DNA of 64,000 bases from Octopus vulgaris (GCA_951406725.2 OX597837.1:38130001-38194000), one strand, 5' to 3'. Positions 12,440 to 25,839 are shown, numbered from the stretch's first letter. The notes: generated by a model from the sequence alone, not told the origin. Made by a program: numbers and translations.

Positions 12440-12609
12440 CATACGACGGGCTTCTTTCAGTTTCCGTCTACCAAATCCACTCACAAGGCTTTGGTCGGCC
12501 CGAGGCTATAGTAGAAGACAACTTGCCCAAGTTGCCACGCAGTGGGACTGAACCCGGAACCATGTGGCTAGTAAACAAGCTACTTACCACACAGCCACTC
12601 CTGCGCCTG
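12172..12609 (-). mobile_element. SINE family A, full length
   Basis: Near-exact reverse complement of 8936-9324. Confidence 0.9.
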
Positions 12610-13330
12610 TTTGAGAATTGCCAGCCATTTATTCCGTAATAAAAGAGGAAATTAACTGGTAGTTCGAGAAACCGGCTTCCTCACCTTATAAGGAATACGT
12701 ATCCTGGTTAAGATTTTAGATGGCATCAAGTAGTGGGGCCTTCGTACGGGATTTCCAGAATTTTGAGGAGCGTAAAACCACGTCTGAACCCCTACTGTTC
12801 TTGGATCTACTCTGACCAAGAGTAGTAGCCTCTGTTAGGGTCCCAGCTATAAGTTAACTAACATGTGGACCACCCGCTTCAAACGTCAGTGAGTCCTCTG
12901 CGACGGTCGACAATTGAGGGCAAGACGATCCGCTATGGATCACGCCATCCCAAAGCGAGTATGCTTGTGACCGGGGGACGCAAGCATACCCATGTGAAGT
13001 TGTATTCCCACTGTAAATCCGAACATGACCTCTACGCCTCAACAACGCATGGCAAGTACGGCTACGGTGTCTGTGATATTCGCTGTACTTGGACTCCCAA
13101 TTTGTCAACCTTGCAAGCTGGATATTTGGTCCGTAAGCAAAAGCATTACTTTGCCTGTTGAAACGTTGGGGCCGCCCGTCAGATGTGGTTAGTATTTGTG
13201 AGGGACATGCTGAGTGAGCTCCTTGGTCGGAGCGGGCTCAACCTATCCCGGGTGAATTCCACATCGAGTGCATGTAGGTAAGAATTACGTTATGGATACA
13301 ACATCTCTGAGGGATACACAGTCGCTTACA
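12608..13330 (-). mobile_element. Possible solo LTR (~720 bp)
   Basis: Complex, roughly GC-balanced, microsatellite-free block. The minus strand begins TGTAAG and ends AAACA, with AATAAA about 20 nt before the end. No target-site duplication found. Confidence 0.3.
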
Positions 13331-13890
13331 CACTGACCCAAGCTTAATTCTCTTTAAATTATTGTTGTAATGTAGTCGCAGTTCAGGTCTAATGGTACGT
13401 ATAAACAAAGCTTTCCCACCATGAACCTTCGCCTCTGAATTTCAGGCAAAATCTGCAAGAATATACTAACCGTGGGGTCACGTTCCGATTAAAGACTGTT
13501 GGGTGGACTTTGATAGAAATGTGACTGTTGTTTCTATCAGAGAGCTCAACCATGCAGGGCAAGGATGGTAAGGGTTTTGCAGTTAGAGGGTGAGGATAGG
13601 AGGGTGGAGGGGTAGTGGTGGTGGTGGAGGGGGGTGAATAGTGAATTAATTTATTTACGGGCGGTGGGCCAAAGAAATATCACTAAATTTAAATTACATA
13701 ACTTACTGCTTCAGTGTGTAGTAATATATGTGCATGTATGTATATGTATATGTGTGTGTGTGTGTATATGTGTGTGTTTGTGTATGTGTATATATATATT
13801 AACCTATATATCAATTTCTGCTTCTCTGTCTATCAGTCTGTTTCTCACTCCCTTTCTCTCTCTCTCTCACTCTCATTCTCTCTCTCTCTG

Positions 13891-13924
<34 letters not shown>

Positions 13925-14436
13925 AACCATAAATCTATCTATCTATCTATATGTATGTATATATAATGTATTTATATACATGCTGATAGCCACAAGTATA
14001 CATAATACATAATACGTATATATATATATATGTGTGTGTGATATATGATATAAAAATATATATATAATATATTATGTGTAAATATATACATATATATAAT
14101 ATAAAATATTATATATACATATATATGTATATATAAATATATGTATATATATATATATGCATGTATGTATGTATGTATGTGTCTATGTATGTATATACAT
14201 ATATACACACAATACCACCCAATGCTTGGCACGTAATAGAAAAAGCATTTTCCCGTTAGTGTTGGATGCCAATTAACAATTAATGAACTCAATTTAGTCT
14301 CAATTTATTTCAATCAAAGTGAATTTCGAAACTTTTAAAAATGCCACAAAAGAATCTTTAACACATTGGAATGTATTTACGCCAACCGTTGAATCGTAGT
14401 GAATTTAGGGTTTTTAAAAATCATTCCTATTTGGAC

Positions 14437-14580
14437 AGAGGTGTGGCTGTGTGGTTAAGGAGCTTGCTCCCCAGCCACATGGTCCCAGGTTCAGTCTCAC
14501 TGCGTGGCACCTTCGGTAACTCCGGCCGACTAACACCTTGTGATTGGACTTTTAGACAGAAACTAAAAGAAGCTTGTCGT
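14437..14580 (+). mobile_element. SINE family A, degenerate 5' half
   Basis: GTGTGGCTGTGTGGTTAAG...GGTTCAGTCTCACTGCGTGGCACCTT...AAAGAAGCTTGTCGT. Confidence 0.7.
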
Positions 14581-14581
14581 G

Positions 14582-14614
<33 letters not shown>

Positions 14615-14956
14615 ATTATATAAAATATGTTCTGTCTGTGTGTCTTCTAGGATCTCGGGCATCCTCCATCTGATTGCGCTCAGATTTGATATAAGTGTTG
14701 AAAAAATTACAAAAATCGATTCCAGGTGAGAATGCGATCGATAAAGCCATGGGAACGTGCATTTGTAAAAATTTTTTTCTTGGAATAGAAAAAAGTATGT
14801 CTTTATTTCTTCTTTTGCTGGTGTCTCAAATTTAGGTCAAACCAGTGTTTCTCAATGGGGGAGGCCTATGGGACGGTCGGACAAGTTGTTTTGAGAAAAT
14901 TTGGTTTAAATGTTTGACAACTCACCACTGTCCATTGGACGGGGGGCGTTTTGCTC

Positions 14957-14992
<36 letters not shown>

Positions 14993-15904
14993 TAATTATA
15001 ACAAATACCTATATACAGACATCAAATACCTACATAACAAATACCTAACTACAAATATACAAGTACACAGATACACAGAAACAGACAGACACACACACAC
15101 ACACACACAAGTGTATATCTTCATCTGTATGAATCTTCTCTGAAGAGACGAAAGTCGCAACATCTGGCCATGTTCGAGGGCAACAAACAACAAAACACCT
15201 CATTTATTTTAAATACCGTGTTCATTCTTACTGCCGTTTCCTAATACCACCCCATCAAAGTGTGTGTATATGTGTGTAACTATGTGACACTCCATCGGTT
15301 ACGACGACGAATGTTCCAGCTGATCCGATCAACGTAACAGCCTGCTCATGAAATTAACGTGCAAGTGGCTGAGCACTCCCCACACACTCGTACCCCTTAA
15401 CGTAGTTCTCAGGGAGATTCTGCGTGACACATAGTGTGGAAAATTTCGCCCTTTGAAGTACTGGTACCACTAGGAGTAAATATATGTGTGTACGTATATG
15501 CCTATATAAATACATATATATATGTATACACACATATAATCCGTATATATTTATCTATCTATGCCTATCTCTCTCCCTCTCTCTATATATATATACACAC
15601 ACATATGTATGTACATTGTTTACATTCTTTACATTTGACGGATATTTGTCCTCATCTTGTTAATACAACGTTCTGGCTGACATACCCACCGGCCTTCCTC
15701 CGGTGTCTTGGGGAAATTTCGAACCTGGTTTCTCATTCCTAAGGTATTTTCGATGTAATTATTATTATTATTATTATTATTATTATTGTTGTTGTTGTTG
15801 TTGCTGTTGTTGTTGTTGTTGTTGTTGCTGTTGTTGTTGTTATTGTTGTTGTTGTTGTTGTTATCTCTTTCATTCGAATTCCGGTTATCTCGCCATGTTG
15901 GACC

Positions 15905-16025
15905 GTTGAACTTTTCCGTCGAAGAGCGTAGGCTCGAAAAGTAAATAACTTTTTCCATTTTTCCCGAGGTTTAAATGCACCTGCTTATTGTTCCAACACC
16001 TGTCTTCCTCTTTTGTTTTCTGTGC
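15905..16025 (+). mobile_element. Short Penelope-like terminus with degenerate hammerhead motif (family P1)
   Basis: CCGTCGAA-GAGC(GTAG)GCTC-GAAAAGTA followed by CACCTGTCTTCCTCTTTTGTTTT. Homologues on the minus strand at 58925-59093 and 61158-61300. Confidence 0.55.
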
Positions 16026-16496
16026 ATACATACATACATACATACATACATACATACATACTTGCATATAGATACATGTGTAGCTACGACTACAATTTTT
16101 TCAGATATGCTTAATTTTATAGAAGCGGTGTTGAGAAAAAAATTAAGCAGCACATTTCTGAAGGAGCTGTTGATCTCAACTGTTTTCTTTTCTAAGCATG
16201 TAGTAGCAATTATTTTTATTATTTCATAATCACTTATCATGTCTTTCCTCATTAAAATAAACAACAACAGAAAACGCAACTTTTCGATCAGCTTTGTCGC
16301 TGTCGGTATTCGGTTGCTCTATTATGATTTTGACATGTACTCAATCTGAGATTGAACCGATGAAAACTCAGGTTAATGTATAATTTCACTCTCCTTAGAC
16401 GCAAGGTTTACATTTTCCCAAATAAATGTAAATAACGTAAAAGTAAAAAAAAAAGTAAAATACCAAACAACGAAACAAATCAAAGGCACATTCTTT

Positions 16497-17147
16497 GCAC
16501 CAGTCAATTTCAGTCATTTTCCTTAAATTTTCCACCAGTCAATTTCAGTCATTTTCCTTAAATTTTCCACCAGTCAATTTCAGTCATATTCCTTACATTT
16601 TCCACCAGTCAATTTCAGTCATTTTCCTTAAATTTTCCACCAGTCAATTTCAGTCATTCTCCTTAAATTTTCCACCAGTCAATTTCAGTCATTTTCCTTG
16701 AATTTTCCACCAGTCAATTTCAGTCATTTTCCTTGAATTTTCTACCAGTCAATTTCAGTCATTTTCCTTAAATTTTTCACCAGTCAATTTCAGTCATTTT
16801 CCTTAAATTTTCTACCAGTCAATTTCAGTCATTTTCCTCAAATTTTCCACCAGTCAATTTCAGTCATTTTCCTTGAATTTTCCACCAGTTAATTTCAGTC
16901 ATTTTACTTGAATTTTCCACCAGTCAATTTAAGTCATTTTCCTTAAATTTTCTACCAGTCAATTTAAGTCATTTTCCTCAAATTTTCTACTAGTCAATTT
17001 AAGTCATTTTCCTTAAATTTTCCACAAGTCAATTTCAGTCATTTTCCTTAAATTTTCTACCAGTCAATTTCAGTCATTTTCCTTAAATTTTCTACCAGTC
17101 AATTTCAGGCATTTTCCTTAAATTTTCCACAAGTCATTCTCCTCAAA
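16497..17147. repeat. 35-bp minisatellite, ~18 copies
   Basis: Unit CAGTCAATTTCAGTCATTTTCCTTAAATTTTCCAC repeated head-to-tail with no spacers. Confidence 0.95.
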
Positions 17148-17251
17148 TCACACCCATCGTCTTTTCTCGTAAAACAAAAAGGACACATCGGATGTAGACA
17201 ACAGGGAAAGGTTCTCGGGATGTATTAATATATATACAAAAAGTCAAGATG

Positions 17252-17415
17252 TAGGCGTGACAATGTGGTCAGAAGTTTACTGTCCAACCACATGGTTCTG
17301 GGTTCAATCCTACTGTGTGACACCTTGGGCAAGTGTTTTCTACTGTAGTCTCAGGCTGACAAAAGCCTTGTCAGTGGATTTGGTAGACGGAAACGAAAAG
17401 AAGTCCGTCCTGTGT
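17252..17415 (+). mobile_element. SINE family A, degenerate 5' half
   Basis: CCAACCACATGGTTCTGGGTTCAATCC...CACCTTGGGCAAGTG...GTGGATTTGGTAGACGGAAAC. Confidence 0.75.
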
Positions 17416-17535
17416 CGATATATATATATATATATGTTGAAACAAGTAAAAGATAAAAGGTTGCGGCTGGATTTCTTTATTTTATCTTTTTTATATAACA
17501 GATCTGAAGGATTAGTGTTTACATATCTAAACATC

Positions 17536-17567
<32 letters not shown>

Positions 17568-17879
17568 CGATAACTACAACTACAACACGTTACTGATCCA
17601 AAATCTTACTAGCTCAAGGTGTTCCTACCTTACAGGTTTCTTTCCCGTCTATAAATTTCTCTCTTCAAAAGTATTCATATTTCCAGATTTAGGAACAGCC
17701 ATGGTTAGTTAGTGGCTCCAACTGAAACATTAAATAAATACAAAGTTATTTCAGAGTATAAACTTAATCCAAAGATAAAAACAATAGATGAAAACAATAG
17801 AGGCCATCGTTCTGGAGTTCCATGATTTTGAAGAGTGTGAATATATATATATTATATATATATATATATATATACATAC

Positions 17880-17951
<72 letters not shown>

Positions 17952-18007
17952 ATTTAGGAATGGTCATTTTGCCAGTTTAGCCAATCTTGCACAACAAATA
18001 TTTAAAC

Positions 18008-18054
<47 letters not shown>

Positions 18055-18129
18055 CGTGCGTGTGCGTGTGTGTATATATATATATGTATAAATATATGTA
18101 TATATACATATAATAGATATATATTATAT

Positions 18130-18175
<46 letters not shown>

Positions 18176-18579
18176 TATATTATATATATATATGCATATG
18201 AAATTAAAGATTCACATGTACAATTCTAAGATGGGGAACCAGTGTCCAGAATCGTTCACAGGAATCGTTTTATGCATCTATGATCCAGAGGAAATGATAA
18301 CCCTTACACACTTCATCGACGCAATTCAAATTAGCGCCTATATAATGTCCTGAGACTATAGTAGAAGACATTTGCCCAAGGTGTCACACAGTGGGACTGA
18401 ACCCGGGACCATGTGGTTGGGAAGCAAACGTTTTACCACCCAGCTACGCCTGCGCCTATATCAATATAAGATGAACTTGTTGTATAGATATCTTGGGTAT
18501 AGACACATTAAAGAGTACGGCTTCTCTGGGATAGGAGCAATGTCTAGTAGGGATACCTTATGATACCTTGTTTGTCCGT

Positions 18580-18985
18580 TTTGTGTAAAGTCCCTTGTGG
18601 GTAGTATTTCGTCAGCCGTTACGCTCTGAGTTCAAATTCCGCCAAGGTCGACTTTGCCTTTTATCCTTTCGGGGTCGATTAAATAAGTACCAATTACGCA
18701 CTGGAGTCGATATAATCGACTTAATCCGTTTGTCTGTCCTTGTTTGTCCTCTCTGTGTTTAGCCCCTTGTGGGTAGTAAAGAAATAAGAAACGTTAGGAC
18801 GCCGGGCGAAAATCTTAGCGGTATTTCATCTGTCTTTACGTTCTGTGTCAAATTCCGCCGATGTCGACTTTGCCTTTCATCCTTTCGGGGTCAATAAATT
18901 AAGTACCATTTGCGTATTGGGGTCGATCTAATCGACTGGTTACTTCCCGCAAAATTTCGGGCCTTGTGCCTAGAGTAGGAACGGA
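18580..18985 (+). mobile_element. SINE family B with duplicated core
   Basis: Two copies of CAAATTCCGCC...GTCGACTTTGCCTTT.ATCCTTTCGGGGTC, and tail GGCCTTGTGCCTAGAGTAG. Confidence 0.85.
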
Positions 18986-19538
18986 TATCTAAGTAACGCA
19001 TATAATTATCATACTAGTTTCATTCATTGGTGACTGACCAAGCGGGAATACTGTCTTTAAGGTTACATCCTATTATACAGACCTCGGTGGAATGGACAGT
19101 GGGCATACTATGTGATCGTCTGTATCAACACTAGTACATTTGACCATAGACATGATGAGCACAGTCTGTATAAGGTCTACTGTTCAGGGTATTGGCCATG
19201 TTGAGAAATCGGTTATATTAATAACTGTATTAGAGAGGAGCCAAAGATGTTAAGGGACAAAATATATAGGGTCAAACCTCATCAGGTCACTCTTTATGCA
19301 TTCTACTAGAAAGTATTGAGTTTTCAGTATTATATTAAATTATTGTTTTATATACACATTCACATAAAAACAAACATCAATATATTCATTGAAATATCAT
19401 CTATCTATCTATATGTCTGTCTGTCTGTCGGTCTATCTATCTATCTATCTATCTATCTATCCCACTCCCTCTCTCTCTCTCTCACTGTGAAATTATGCAT
19501 ATATATATATACACAGGCACACACACACACACACACAT

Positions 19539-19571
<33 letters not shown>

Positions 19572-19609
19572 CATACACACACACGCACACACAAGTACGC
19601 ACGCACACA

Positions 19610-19669
<60 letters not shown>

Positions 19670-19697
19670 CATACACACACACGCACACACAAGCACG

Positions 19698-19769
<72 letters not shown>

Positions 19770-19993
19770 CTTTCTCTCTTAATGCATGACCGTGCTATGT
19801 GGCAAATTAGTCCGTTCATATCATGACACTATGCAAAACTAAACTTCATGTAATGCAACAAAGCCGATTCTGAAAAACAAGAGAGAGAGAGAGAAAAAGA
19901 GAAAGAGAGAGAGAGAGAAAAAGAGAAAGAGAGAGAGAGAGAGAGAGACAAAGAGAGGGGCAGGGAGAGAGAATAAAAGAAAGAAAGAAAAAT

Positions 19994-20066
19994 CAATGAC
20001 GTCATTGGTATCTTATTTTTAGACCACAGTAGTATAAAAGCGAACCCGTGACCGCACAGATCAGGA
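19994..20066 (+). promoter_or_regulatory. Candidate Pol II core promoter: palindromic CRE, TATA box, Inr-like site
   Basis: CAATGACGTCATTG palindrome (19994-20007) containing TGACGTCA, TATAAAAG at 20033-20040, and TCAG at 20061 (28 nt after the TATA start). A (GA)n tract lies immediately upstream. Confidence 0.4.
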
Positions 20067-20276
20067 ATAAATATTAGAAACGATTCTGCCAATTCAACCG
20101 TCTTATGTGTGTGTTTGTGTGTGTGTGTGTGCGTGCGAGTATATGAGTGAATGAGTGTATGTGTATTTTTGTATACTCTCATGGAAACGTGTATTAATTA
20201 TAGATATGCACTATGTAGATGTTAGTGTGTGTATATTCTCTCTCTTCCTTCCACCCCCTCGATCCCTCTCTTTCTT

Positions 20277-20313
<37 letters not shown>

Positions 20314-20376
20314 CAACCTATCTATCTAACTATCATTTCTCTCTTTGTATATATATATACATACATACATATATAT

Positions 20377-20433
<57 letters not shown>

Positions 20434-20650
20434 TTTATATATTTACACATATGTGTATATGAGTATATATATTTATATATATATATTACATATGTATATG
20501 TGTGGATGTATGTACATACTTCTATACATGATACACAATGATATATCTGTACATGCGTACATACATATATATTTGTATATATATATACATATATATGTAC
20601 ATGTGTATATATATATATGTATATATATATATGTATGTATATATATATCT

Positions 20651-20712
<62 letters not shown>

Positions 20713-21690
20713 TTATGTATGTATGCATGAACGTACGTATATACGCATACTAACGCACTCACAAACACATGCGCACGCATATACACACATATGTATATAA
20801 TTTCCCTAAATATATACTTAGAAGAGTAAAAAAAAAGTAAACAAAAAACACAGAAACAAACAAATAAATAAACCCACACAGATATGAATGTGTGGATTCA
20901 TACTTTTGTCTCGTTCCAATTGAGAATACTGTAATTGTTAAGCGTTATGAATGAGCTTTTCTAGCCTTAATTACGCCATTGTGCGCGTGTGACTTTTCTT
21001 TTTAAAGAGAATTCATTCATACATCAACGATATATATATATAAATATAGCTGCGCATATACGCTCTCAAATGTATATATACACTTGTGTATGCACTCACA
21101 TGCACGTACACGCAACGCAACGCACACGCACATACATCATACATACGCACCCACGCATAAACAGTTCAAACAAAGATTCTACCGCCACACTTTCTCTTTT
21201 CGGCACATCGTAAAGAGGAATGACACAAAATTAACGCTGAATCACACAGAAACCATTAAAAGCAAAAAGCAAAAATAAATAAATAAATAGATGCATAAAT
21301 ACATAAACAAATGAAAAAAGAAGCCTCCAATTGTCACATCAAATAGAAGAATATTGAAAGATCAAAGCCCTACAGGAACGGAAACAAATGATGCGATCGT
21401 TACACAGCAGAGAAAAAGACACATACTCAATGGAAACCTATATAAGAATGATCTCTATTTGAACAGCAGGTCTTATATTTTCTGCAAGTGATGACACTTT
21501 GAAAGCAGTTGTTACGCAACCATCTTTACTATCTTTCCTAAAGTTCCCCAAAAGACAAAATCTCGTATACAATGGTGCCGATATTGAGTCTATAATTCAC
21601 AGTTATCACAGCGCTCATTTTTCATTCGTCACATTTTTTTAATTCGCTTATATCTCTTCCTTTCATTCATTCATTCATGCATGCATCCAT

Positions 21691-21726
<36 letters not shown>

Positions 21727-21812
21727 TTGTCCCTTCTTTTCTTCTTCTTTCTCTCTTCCTTCCTTCTTTCTTTTCCTTTTCCTTTCTTTCTTTCTTTCTT
21801 TCTTTCTTTCAT

Positions 21813-21845
<33 letters not shown>

Positions 21846-21924
21846 GATACACTTACTTTTTCCGTTATTGATGTGTTTATTTTCTACAAGTTTCAACAAT
21901 TTGTAGATTAACCACTAAAATCCC

Positions 21925-21992
<68 letters not shown>

Positions 21993-22089
21993 CGTGTGCG
22001 TGTGCGTGTGTGTTTGTCTACTTTAGCGTCACAACCGGTTTTGGTTATGTTTATGTCGCTGTAACTAAACTATATTTGTATACGTATGC

Positions 22090-23560
22090 ATAAAGAGATT
22101 AAGACAGAATATATAGGTAGGATATGTCCTTCACAAATAATTTGTATGTTCGATCGGGAGTATTTTCAAGCCTATGGTTCTATAATTTTGTTGGTGGTGT
22201 ATTGTCATTCTTTTCCTGAGAGTTATGTCTGTTTGTTCGATATAGTGTTCTCGACAACCTTTTACATTGTTTAATGTAGATCAAGTTGTCTGAAATGCAG
22301 GAATTTCTTTTTAATTTTGAGGGTAGGATCCTCCCTGAATTGGAATTCGGCACCCTCTAATAAGTAGCTTCAAGACCAAGTTGGCATATGTTGGGGTAAC
22401 GTTCGTTCTCATTGCTGTCCCTGGCTTTTGTCGGTAGGTTCTATTTCCGAACATGAAGTAGTTGTTTTCTTAAATGAATTGGAAGCCATCTACAATAAAT
22501 TTCTCTATCTATGCCTTCAGGTATTTCACAAAAATGAGTGTAGTCAGTATTGTATTTGATTCCATGATGGGGAAGAATATTGCTATATAAAATCACAACT
22601 TCAAATGTGACGATGTAGGTATTTTCGCTTATTGTGTTAGGTAGATGCTTGAGTACATCCAAATCAACTCGTATAAAACTGTTTGTGTGCTTGAGGAAAG
22701 ACTACACGAATGTCTAGGAAATGACTTAAGGGATGCGTTTCGCACGAAGGGTCAGCTACAATGGGTTTCAATTTAACATCCGATAGTACTGGGATATCCA
22801 CACAAATGAATTTTGCCCTTTCACATTTTTCATTGGGTTTATTCTTATGTTCTTTTGTAGGTAGTCCATACGAGTTGCTTGTTTTATATTTGACATTTGC
22901 TATGTAATCCAGTTCTTTATTAGTTAAAGAATTTTGGTATGAGTATAGTAGGACGGTAAGTAGTTTCATAATTTAAATTGGTTTGTACTTTTTGGTTTCT
23001 TCGTAGTAAATGTTATCATGTAGCTTATCCTGTACCAAATTCTTGTAATAATCTGTGTCCACGATAATTGAACCTCCTTTGTCAGCTTCTTTGATAATTA
23101 CATATTCACAATTCCTATATATTTTTATAATTTATGCATCCTTATAATCTTGGTCGTAAAATTTTTTGTCAAATTGTAAATCTGTTTATTGGATCATTTG
23201 TTGTCCACTGAAGTTAAGTTTTATTTATTTATTTATTTTTTTTTTTTTGCTTCCCGTTTTTCTATGGGGGCAAGTCGATATAAGCTTCTAGAAAACATCA
23301 AGAGCTGAATTTCGTCTTCGATTAGGGCTGAAATAGTTTTTCTCTTTAATAATAATTTCATCTTCATTATTTTCCTCAATAAAAAGAAAAAGAACAAGAA
23401 AACTGCTCCGCAATTCCGCTAATCTAGGGTTTCTGTAGATTCCAAAACGCCATCTTTAATATCAGACGTACTTGAGTTTCGAGGGTATCGCGTTAATTTT
23501 AATCCTTGGATAAGCATATATATTTGTAAAGGTGTTAATCTCTTTTGTGAGGGCTTCATT
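22090..23560 (-). mobile_element. Decayed Penelope-like retroelement, reverse transcriptase region
   Basis: Minus-strand fragments in the correct order: IIKEADKGGSII (~23100), YGLPxxxHK...LKPIVADP...LSHFLD (ORF 22664-22969), IVTFEVVILYSNI (ORF 22441-22662), ENNYFMFGNRTYRQKPGTAMRTNVTPTYANL (~22380-22470). These match Penelope RT motifs ADKG, YxLPKxHK, RPIV, DVxSLYTNI and QxxGxAMGxxxAPxYAN. Confidence 0.85.
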
Positions 23561-23637
23561 AATTTTGATTTTTCGTGACTGGAATCCACCACTTGTCCCT
23601 GAATTCCAGATTTATGTCTGAAATGTATGTATATGTA

Positions 23638-23692
<55 letters not shown>

Positions 23693-23764
23693 TAATTTAA
23701 TTTTACACAGACACACGTAATTAAATTATGCTCTCTTTCTCTTTCTCTTTCTCTCTCTCTCCCC

Positions 23765-23806
<42 letters not shown>

Positions 23807-23980
23807 GAACCGAGACGACGTCAGAATTGCAGAAACATTTGTATCTATCTAGCTACCTGTCTATTTATCTATGATTATTGGTTTCAAATTTTAGCACAAG
23901 GCCAGCAATATTTCTATATGTCAGTGTTAAGTGAAGATATTTGTGTATATATATTTATATATATAAATATATATACCTAC

Positions 23981-24052
<72 letters not shown>

Positions 24053-24836
24053 GTTTGTCTGTCTGTCTGTCAGTTTGTCTGTTTGCCTGTCTGACTGACT
24101 ATCTAGTGTGCGTGTACCTGTGTGTGTGTGTGTGTGTGTTGTGAGTCAGCATCTCACGTTGGATTAGTGCACTCAGAATGCAAACAAACAGTTACACAGA
24201 GAAGCCTACCCCCCACACGCACACCGCACCAACACAACATCAGCAAAAACAACAGCAACAACAACAACACTGCAAGCCTAAATACGAACAGATGTTGGTG
24301 TCAACCGGAAGTTGTTTACAGGAATAACTCCATCTTGGATGCTATTCAGTAAATACCCTTCAAAACAGAGCCACGTACTGAAATAACCCAAAGACGATCG
24401 GAGATTAGGGGTGGGTGTGGGTGTGGGGCCAGCGGCGGGGTGGTGTACTGTATGAGATCTTACGACTGACCCCCTGCCGATACAGATCAATAATACTTAG
24501 GACTGTCTGTTATTGATTCCTCGTGACTGGGGTTGAAGCCAAGCATTCTTCTATATTTGCAGTAGTAGTAGTAGTAGTAGCAAAAGTTGATACAGTTGTG
24601 TTTGGTGCTGTAGTTGTTGCTGTTGTTATTGTTGTAGTTGTTGTTTTTGGTGGTGGTGGTGGTGGTGATGGTGTTTCGTGCGTGGGGGATTTGTGAGCAG
24701 GAATTCGTATTTAGTCTACTTTAGAAGGCAACGTAAACAGCTGTGCGGTTCAAATTCACATGTCTATGTAAGATAGATACTGGATCAGCAGAGAGACACA
24801 GTGTGTAGATGTCGACTAGATAGATAGATAGATAGT

Positions 24837-24900
<64 letters not shown>

Positions 24901-25070
24901 AACAGCCATATTGTACAAAAATAACCTAGAAATTGCGATACTCAATAAAAGAGAAATTAAGGCAGAGCAGACCTTGGAGCGAGAAAAGCTACCAAATCAC
25001 TGAAAAGGTCGCAAAAAGATAGATAGATAGATAGATAAATAGATAGACAGATATACAGACAGATAGATAG

Positions 25071-25165
<95 letters not shown>

Positions 25166-25167
<2 letters not shown>

Positions 25168-25454
25168 TGTTTCTTTATTAGCCACACAGGGCTGAACACA
25201 GAGGGGACAAATTACAAAGTAGAGCTTTTCTTTTGGGGAGAAAAAAGGTGGGGATAGGTTTTCGATCAAAAGGGATCGTAAAAAAAAAAACAAAACGATC
25301 AATAGGGATTGTGTATCACAGAAATGTCATGATGTAAAGTGTAAAGGGGGGAAACAGATAAGGTGGAAAGAAAAGCTTACGGAAAAGACCACGGTAACCT
25401 CGGTCAATAATGTCACATGTTAACACATTTATCTGCAAGTAAGTAACTCTCTGT
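25166..25454 (-). mobile_element. Tx1-like LINE 3' UTR fragment ending in (TCTA)n
   Basis: Reverse complement of the 1533-2766 3' UTR (TATGTTTCTTTATTAGCCACACAGGG...GGAAAAGACCACGGTAACCTCGGTCAAT). It abuts (TAGA)n at its 3' end. Confidence 0.9.
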
Positions 25455-25839
25455 GGGTCCATATAAGATTTTATGGGGGTCCACGCAAGCAAAATAGTAA
25501 ACCGGGTGTCACCGGTGGTATTCTCTGGTTCATGAAAAAAACTTTACTTTAGTTGTAGCTATTGTGGGAAAGAACTAGGTTTCTATAATTACTGCCAGTT
25601 AATTACAATCCAAAGTTCGATACTGATTCGACATCGGACAAAGAGCAGAACTGTAATGATCATCGATAACGTTGGAACCGATTATTGCTAAACTATCGAT
25701 GCAACACGTCAGCCACATTTTCCAAAGTAATCTATAGATTGCGATACTCAACAGAGCTCGGTGGCTGGGGTGGGATGGGACGGGGGCTCTAGTATAAAGC
25801 ATATATTTTACTCTATTGGTGTTTGAAAAAAGCAGTCGA

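Noticed and set aside
16497-17147. CRISPR-like 35-bp repeats (also the 36-bp array at 35252-35836)
   Set aside because: Units are contiguous with no unique spacers, there are no cas genes, and the context is eukaryotic.
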